Shown: one piece after another, positions 59,789-64,000 of the stretch
Layout of the letters: each line of letters opens with the position of its first letter
Position numbering within the stretch: position 1 is the stretch's first letter
DNA from: an uncultured Haloferula sp.
GTDB lineage: Bacteria; Verrucomicrobiota; Verrucomicrobiia; Verrucomicrobiales; Akkermansiaceae
Reading direction: 5' to 3'
Length of the DNA stretch: 64,000 nt
Assembly (NCBI GenBank): GCA_965652295.1
Contig: CBFGTS010000002.1
Coordinates: 64,001-128,000, forward strand
Program-made: the position numbers and the translations under genes
Notes under the pieces: model-generated
Seen by the model: only the letters and a program-made list of their open reading frames with translations
Database searches by the model: none
What the model was told of the DNA's origin: nothing

Positions 59789-60538
59789 TTAGACCCGAGA
59801 CTGTCGACCACGGCGGACGAAACAAGCTCCCATGCCAAGAACAGCGAGAACCGCAGAGCCAGGCTCAGGGACAGCGGTGATTACGAGTGCCGCTAGTGAA
59901 CCGCGAGTGTCTGGGCTGTCACCCGACCACGCGGGGAGCGTGATCGTAGCGATGTCGCTACTGAAGACCGCGCTGGTTGCCTGCCCTCTGACGCCAGCGG
60001 AGTCATTACCCATCGGATCGTTCGCAACTCCATCCCAGGTGCCGTTTCCAAGGACGGGAATCGGCACCGCCGTGAGGTTGATCGTCGCGTCATAGAATGT
60101 GGCGCTACCGTTATCCGAGCTGGCATATACGGTGACCTTGTATCCGGTCATTCCTTCGTTCGCGAGCCAAGCAGAGAGGCCGACGATGGAAATATTGATC
60201 CCGTTGTCATTCAGATAGTTGCGGAACACGCTGATTCCCGCATTGGCACCGTTCGTCCCGGTCCAGGAACCGCCGTTCCAAACCTGAGGCGTGCCGGTGA
60301 AACCGTAGTCAATGGTCGCGGATGTGCCGTTCAAGGCCACTCCTGTTCCCGTGAGGTCGATCAGGTCGGTCCACGTCGCCCCGAAGGTACTGGTTCCTAC
60401 CTGAGCACCTCCGCCATCAGGGACGCCGCTAGGATGGCGGGCGAAATTCACACCAATCACGGTGGCACCGGATGCTGACATGATGACGGCAAAGCAGGCT
60501 GCCATCAAGGGCATTGAATTCATGGTTTTGGTTTTCAT
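59789..60538 (-). CDS. PEP-CTERM sorting domain protein
   Basis: Signal peptide; C-terminal VPEPGSAVLAVLGMGACFVRRGR. Confidence 0.92.
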   Translation of the reverse strand: MKTKTMNSMPLMAACFAVIMSASGATVIGVNFARHPSGVPDGGGAQVGTSTFGATWTDLIDLTGTGVALNGTSATIDYGFTGTPQVWNGGSWTGTNGANAGISVFRNYLNDNGINISIVGLSAWLANEGMTGYKVTVYASSDNGSATFYDATINLTAVPIPVLGNGTWDGVANDPMGNDSAGVRGQATSAVFSSDIATITLPAWSGDSPDTRGSLAALVITAVPEPGSAVLAVLGMGACFVRRGRQSRV

Positions 60539-60575
60539 GGTTTTTTGTTTCTCGTTGATGCGGGGGGTGTGGGGA

Positions 60576-63077
60576 TCAATTCTCGGCGACGATACGGATG
60601 AACATTCGCTCCAGCGGAACACTGGACGTGGCAACGACGGCAGCAGCGCCTGCTATCGGCGAAACGATTGGGATCGTGACCGTCGGCCCTTCGCTGGGGC
60701 CGTCCGCTCCGTCTCCGGCATACCAGACGGCAAGATTGGTCGACCACTCGTAGGACGCTGTGACATCTCCCAACGCCGGGCTCGCCTGCGGATGAGTGAA
60801 GATCGTGGCCGTGCCGTCCGTGGAAATCTGAGTGATGGCAGCGCCATCGGCCACGCTCGGATTCGTGCCGAGAAATGCCTCCACTCCGTTGTCGAGACCA
60901 TCGCCATCAGAATCGTCGTCAAAGCCATCCAACTCTCCCACCGAAAAGCCGGCGATCCATTCGGCGAAACTCTGAGTTTCAGGAAGGATCAGGAAATCCG
61001 TCGCCGGATCAAATACCTCGGTGCCGCTCTGAAAAGAGATGGCATCCAGCGTGCCATCGATGCCGCGGCCTTCAAACCCGGACCGTCCGAAGTAACCGAA
61101 GCTTAGATTGCTCGGATCCGGCGCGGCAAAGGCACCGCCACTGAGAGAACCGAAGGCCACCCCGTTGATATAGCCGGTCAAGGTGGTGGTGCTTGCATCC
61201 CAAGCCAAGGCCAGGTGCACCCTTACCCCGGTCGGGGGCAACATCGTGAGTTCCTGCTGAACACTACTGCCATTCCAGTAAAACATTTGAAGAACGTCAT
61301 CGTTCTCATCCGTCCGCAGACGCAGGTTGCAATCGCCTTGGACGTCGATCACCACCGGCGTGTAGCCGCTTCCGGTCGACTGATAGGTCACCACGGTTTC
61401 CGCAACCCAGTTCTGGGTGGTGAGATCACCGAAGTAGCTGCCATCAATTCTGAATCCGTCCACACCGTTCTCGTCGCCGGGATTGAGCTCCGCCGTCCCG
61501 CCTTCCACCACCGGGTCTCCACTGACCTGAAGCGTCCCACTCATATCGATCTCAGCAGGATCCAGCGCGTAGGCCGCTTCCGAGATCGAGCCGTTGAAGT
61601 ACACGAGTAGTTGCGTCTCCAACGGCGTGCCAGCGTCGGTCTCCCCGCTTGCCACATTCGAAGGATCCGACTCACCGGCCGCGTTGGTGGCGATGACCCG
61701 GTAGTCATATGACGTGCCGGGCATGAGTCCCGAGTGTTTGTCGATGTGGTAGCTCGAATCGGCCGCCACGGTGGCGATCGTCGCCCATTCGCCCTGACCG
61801 GCAGGAGAACGCTGGATGATGTATCCAGTTTCCGTGTTGAAGACATCCGTCCACATCAAGTCGACCTCGTAGGACGAATAGGCCGAAACGCTCAGATCAT
61901 CCACCGCGAGTCCCGCGGGCGACGTGGCGAAGGAAAGGCCGGGCTCGCTCCATGCTTCAAGATCTGGATCGGGGACGGCATTCACCGCCTGAAATCGATA
62001 GAAATAAACCGTGTCCGGCATGAGTCCTGTCATGGGCCCGCTGACCGGACCGGCCTCCTGATTCCCAAGCGAATTCGAGCTTGCCCACGCGCCGGTGCCT
62101 TGATCCGTGGTGTCCCAGTGCAATGTAATGTCCGCGGGGCTGTTGAAAAGATTGGAAGCCCCATGGGCACTGGTTCCAGTGATGTCGGATACACTGGATC
62201 CCGACATCGCGGGTTGCCCCTCTCCTGCCAGTTCGACGCCGGTGACATCGGTCCATGTATCGCCGAACCGGATGGCATCCAGCTCACCTATATCGGCTCC
62301 ATTGATCCACAACACGAGGTGGGTGGCCACCATTGACGTATCCACCGCACTGGATGTGCTCCAGATCACTGCATTCAGATCGCTGTCGATCGCCGCATTT
62401 TCGGCGTAACGTTTGATGTGGATCTCATCCTGACCGGTGGCATTGATGGTGATGCGGCCGACGAGAAGGCCGTAGGTATTCACGGTGTTCTGCCCGTCGT
62501 AGGCGCGGATCCCGTAAACACCGGAATCCACCGTGCCATCCAGCACCCCGTGTGCAATGTAGGAAGCGTTGCCGGCGATGTTGCTGGTCGGCGCGCTGAG
62601 CGGCTGGGCGTTGTTCCAGGTGAAGCCCGCACCGATGAATGAATCGGTCGGACTGCTGCCGGACGCCAGCCCGATCCCCATGCCTGTATCCCCCGGATTG
62701 TTAAGCCGGACGCTGAAATAGATAACTCGATCCACGCCGAAGTCGATGGAAGCGTTCAGCGGGCGGGTCGCGTAAATGTTCCTATCCCAGTTGTTCGTGA
62801 CATTTCCCCAGAAAACACGGCCGCTCGCGCCGCCGTTGGAAGGCAGGCCAGGGAGGCTCGCGCCATCCACATCGGAGTCGTTTCCTGTGAGAATATCGAG
62901 GCTGCCATTGGTAGACCAGCTGCCGGTCAGGCCGATCGTGGTAGCCGTGGTTCCCGCGCCGTTCAGCGAGGCGTCACCAACGGAGATATCATCAAACAAC
63001 TCCTGAATGATGAGGTTTGCATTCACCACGGAGATCGCAGCCGTCAATGCCACGAAAGATACGAATTTTGGATTCAT
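60576..63077 (-). CDS. Secreted multidomain protein: fibronectin III, LamG-like and DSDGDG C-terminal domains
   Basis: Signal peptide; WTD…YIIQRS…YDYRVIATNAAGES; HLALAWD…GYING; DSDGDGLDNGVEAFLGTNP…WSTNL..W…FIRI. Confidence 0.82.
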   Translation of the reverse strand: MNPKFVSFVALTAAISVVNANLIIQELFDDISVGDASLNGAGTTATTIGLTGSWSTNGSLDILTGNDSDVDGASLPGLPSNGGASGRVFWGNVTNNWDRNIYATRPLNASIDFGVDRVIYFSVRLNNPGDTGMGIGLASGSSPTDSFIGAGFTWNNAQPLSAPTSNIAGNASYIAHGVLDGTVDSGVYGIRAYDGQNTVNTYGLLVGRITINATGQDEIHIKRYAENAAIDSDLNAVIWSTSSAVDTSMVATHLVLWINGADIGELDAIRFGDTWTDVTGVELAGEGQPAMSGSSVSDITGTSAHGASNLFNSPADITLHWDTTDQGTGAWASSNSLGNQEAGPVSGPMTGLMPDTVYFYRFQAVNAVPDPDLEAWSEPGLSFATSPAGLAVDDLSVSAYSSYEVDLMWTDVFNTETGYIIQRSPAGQGEWATIATVAADSSYHIDKHSGLMPGTSYDYRVIATNAAGESDPSNVASGETDAGTPLETQLLVYFNGSISEAAYALDPAEIDMSGTLQVSGDPVVEGGTAELNPGDENGVDGFRIDGSYFGDLTTQNWVAETVVTYQSTGSGYTPVVIDVQGDCNLRLRTDENDDVLQMFYWNGSSVQQELTMLPPTGVRVHLALAWDASTTTLTGYINGVAFGSLSGGAFAAPDPSNLSFGYFGRSGFEGRGIDGTLDAISFQSGTEVFDPATDFLILPETQSFAEWIAGFSVGELDGFDDDSDGDGLDNGVEAFLGTNPSVADGAAITQISTDGTATIFTHPQASPALGDVTASYEWSTNLAVWYAGDGADGPSEGPTVTIPIVSPIAGAAAVVATSSVPLERMFIRIVAEN

Positions 63078-63110
63078 GGATCTGGGTTTGGTGGAATTGA
63101 AAAAGTTCGA

Positions 63111-64000
63111 TCATTTGCGATGCGCCGGCGACGTGGGGAGGCCCAGCCCCTGAGGAGAATCGGAACTCTTGGATTCGAACCGGAGGATCATGGGGCCTCC
63201 CGTTTTCTTGATCCGGATCACGTTCTTTCCGGGAACACGGGAGACCTCGCCGTTGCCGCAAGAAAGCGCATAGCCGAAACCATGGTGACGGAAGCGGATC
63301 GAGTTGGTGGTTACGCTGTCGAGCGGGATGTCGCGACCCTCCGCCCACCTAAGATCAAGCATCCAGTCCTCGGGCGAAGAAGGCCCGGTCATTCCGATGG
63401 CAAGTTGCTGCGGATCACACCGCATCTGAAATTTGCCACCAGAAGCGAGATCGCAGCTGACGAGCAGGGAGTCAGGGACGATCTCCTTCACCTCTGGCAC
63501 ACCCTTGGTCAGCAGCGGCTGGATGCCCCCCGCGGAGGAAATCATCCCGCGGATACCAGCGAGGTCACCCGGCTTACTCCAGTGGAAACCATCCATCACC
63601 GGAAGGGTGTCGTAGGTCGCCACCGCCGTGGTCTCATGCTGATCGAGATAACGCTCAGGGTAATCCTGATTGAAGACGTGAAGATCACGTATCTTCCACT
63701 CGTCCGCTTTCCAATGGAGGTTCAACCGGTAGAACCGGCTCTGATACCAGATACTGCGTTCAGGTTCCCCGTTCGAGTCCTCCAACGCGACCACCGCAGT
63801 CGCGGGGGTGGTCGGGAATTCCTTGCGAAACCACCTTGCCGATTCGCGCAGTGTTTCCACGCGGATCTTCCCCTGGTTCCTCAATGCGGCGAGCTTGGCA
63901 TACTGATCCTTCAGACCGGTTGACATTGCGTCCCACCCGAACGAATTCTCCTGGCCCGCCTGCATGTAGGAGAAGGCGAGACTCGGCTGGTTAAAGTTCG
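63111..64000 (-). CDS. Hypothetical protein, 3' part (5' end outside window)
   Basis: Frame is open to the window edge (…NFNQPSLAFSYMQAGQENSFGW…). Function not recognised. Confidence 0.75.
   Translation of the reverse strand, partial: NFNQPSLAFSYMQAGQENSFGWDAMSTGLKDQYAKLAALRNQGKIRVETLRESARWFRKEFPTTPATAVVALEDSNGEPERSIWYQSRFYRLNLHWKADEWKIRDLHVFNQDYPERYLDQHETTAVATYDTLPVMDGFHWSKPGDLAGIRGMISSAGGIQPLLTKGVPEVKEIVPDSLLVSCDLASGGKFQMRCDPQQLAIGMTGPSSPEDWMLDLRWAEGRDIPLDSVTTNSIRFRHHGFGYALSCGNGEVSRVPGKNVIRIKKTGGPMILRFESKSSDSPQGLGLPTSPAHRK

Noticed and set aside
59199..59825. Short + and - strand ORFs listed in the track
   Set aside because: They are better explained by the minus-strand pseudogene. The two in-frame TAGs come with frameshifts, so stop-codon readthrough is not supported.

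Overview
GC-rich bacterial chromosome segment, most likely Verrucomicrobiota (Haloferula/Luteolibacter-like). This is inferred from a PEP-CTERM protein, a Verru_Chthon cassette A-like protein, and the styles of ParC, NuoG and EF-P. Most genes are housekeeping: modAB, parC, argA, purL, moeB, trpD, nuoG-N, efp, parA, an SNF2 helicase, gltB, tRNA-Ile2, a metB-like gene and hemW. A sugar-catabolic trio, several proteases and an accessory cell-surface block (from about 59 kb) are also present. The main hidden structure is that the window appears to span the replication terminus. Strand G/C skew and KOPS-like GGGNAGGG polarity both invert between about 40.2 and 43.5 kb, and a 28-bp dif-like site lies at 41207-41234. 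Directly next to it is a translationally coupled pair, a polyvalent-type kinase and a HigA-like Xre protein, which is a candidate uncharacterised toxin-antitoxin module. Other points of note: an EF-P with a PPRM loop, a perfect Rex/CRP-type operator upstream of nuoG, a switch-like RNA leader on a stand-alone integrase-arm-like small protein beside the tRNA, several apparent pseudo-enzymes, and a pseudogene missed by the ORF track. All family calls come from motif recognition by eye; no searches were run.
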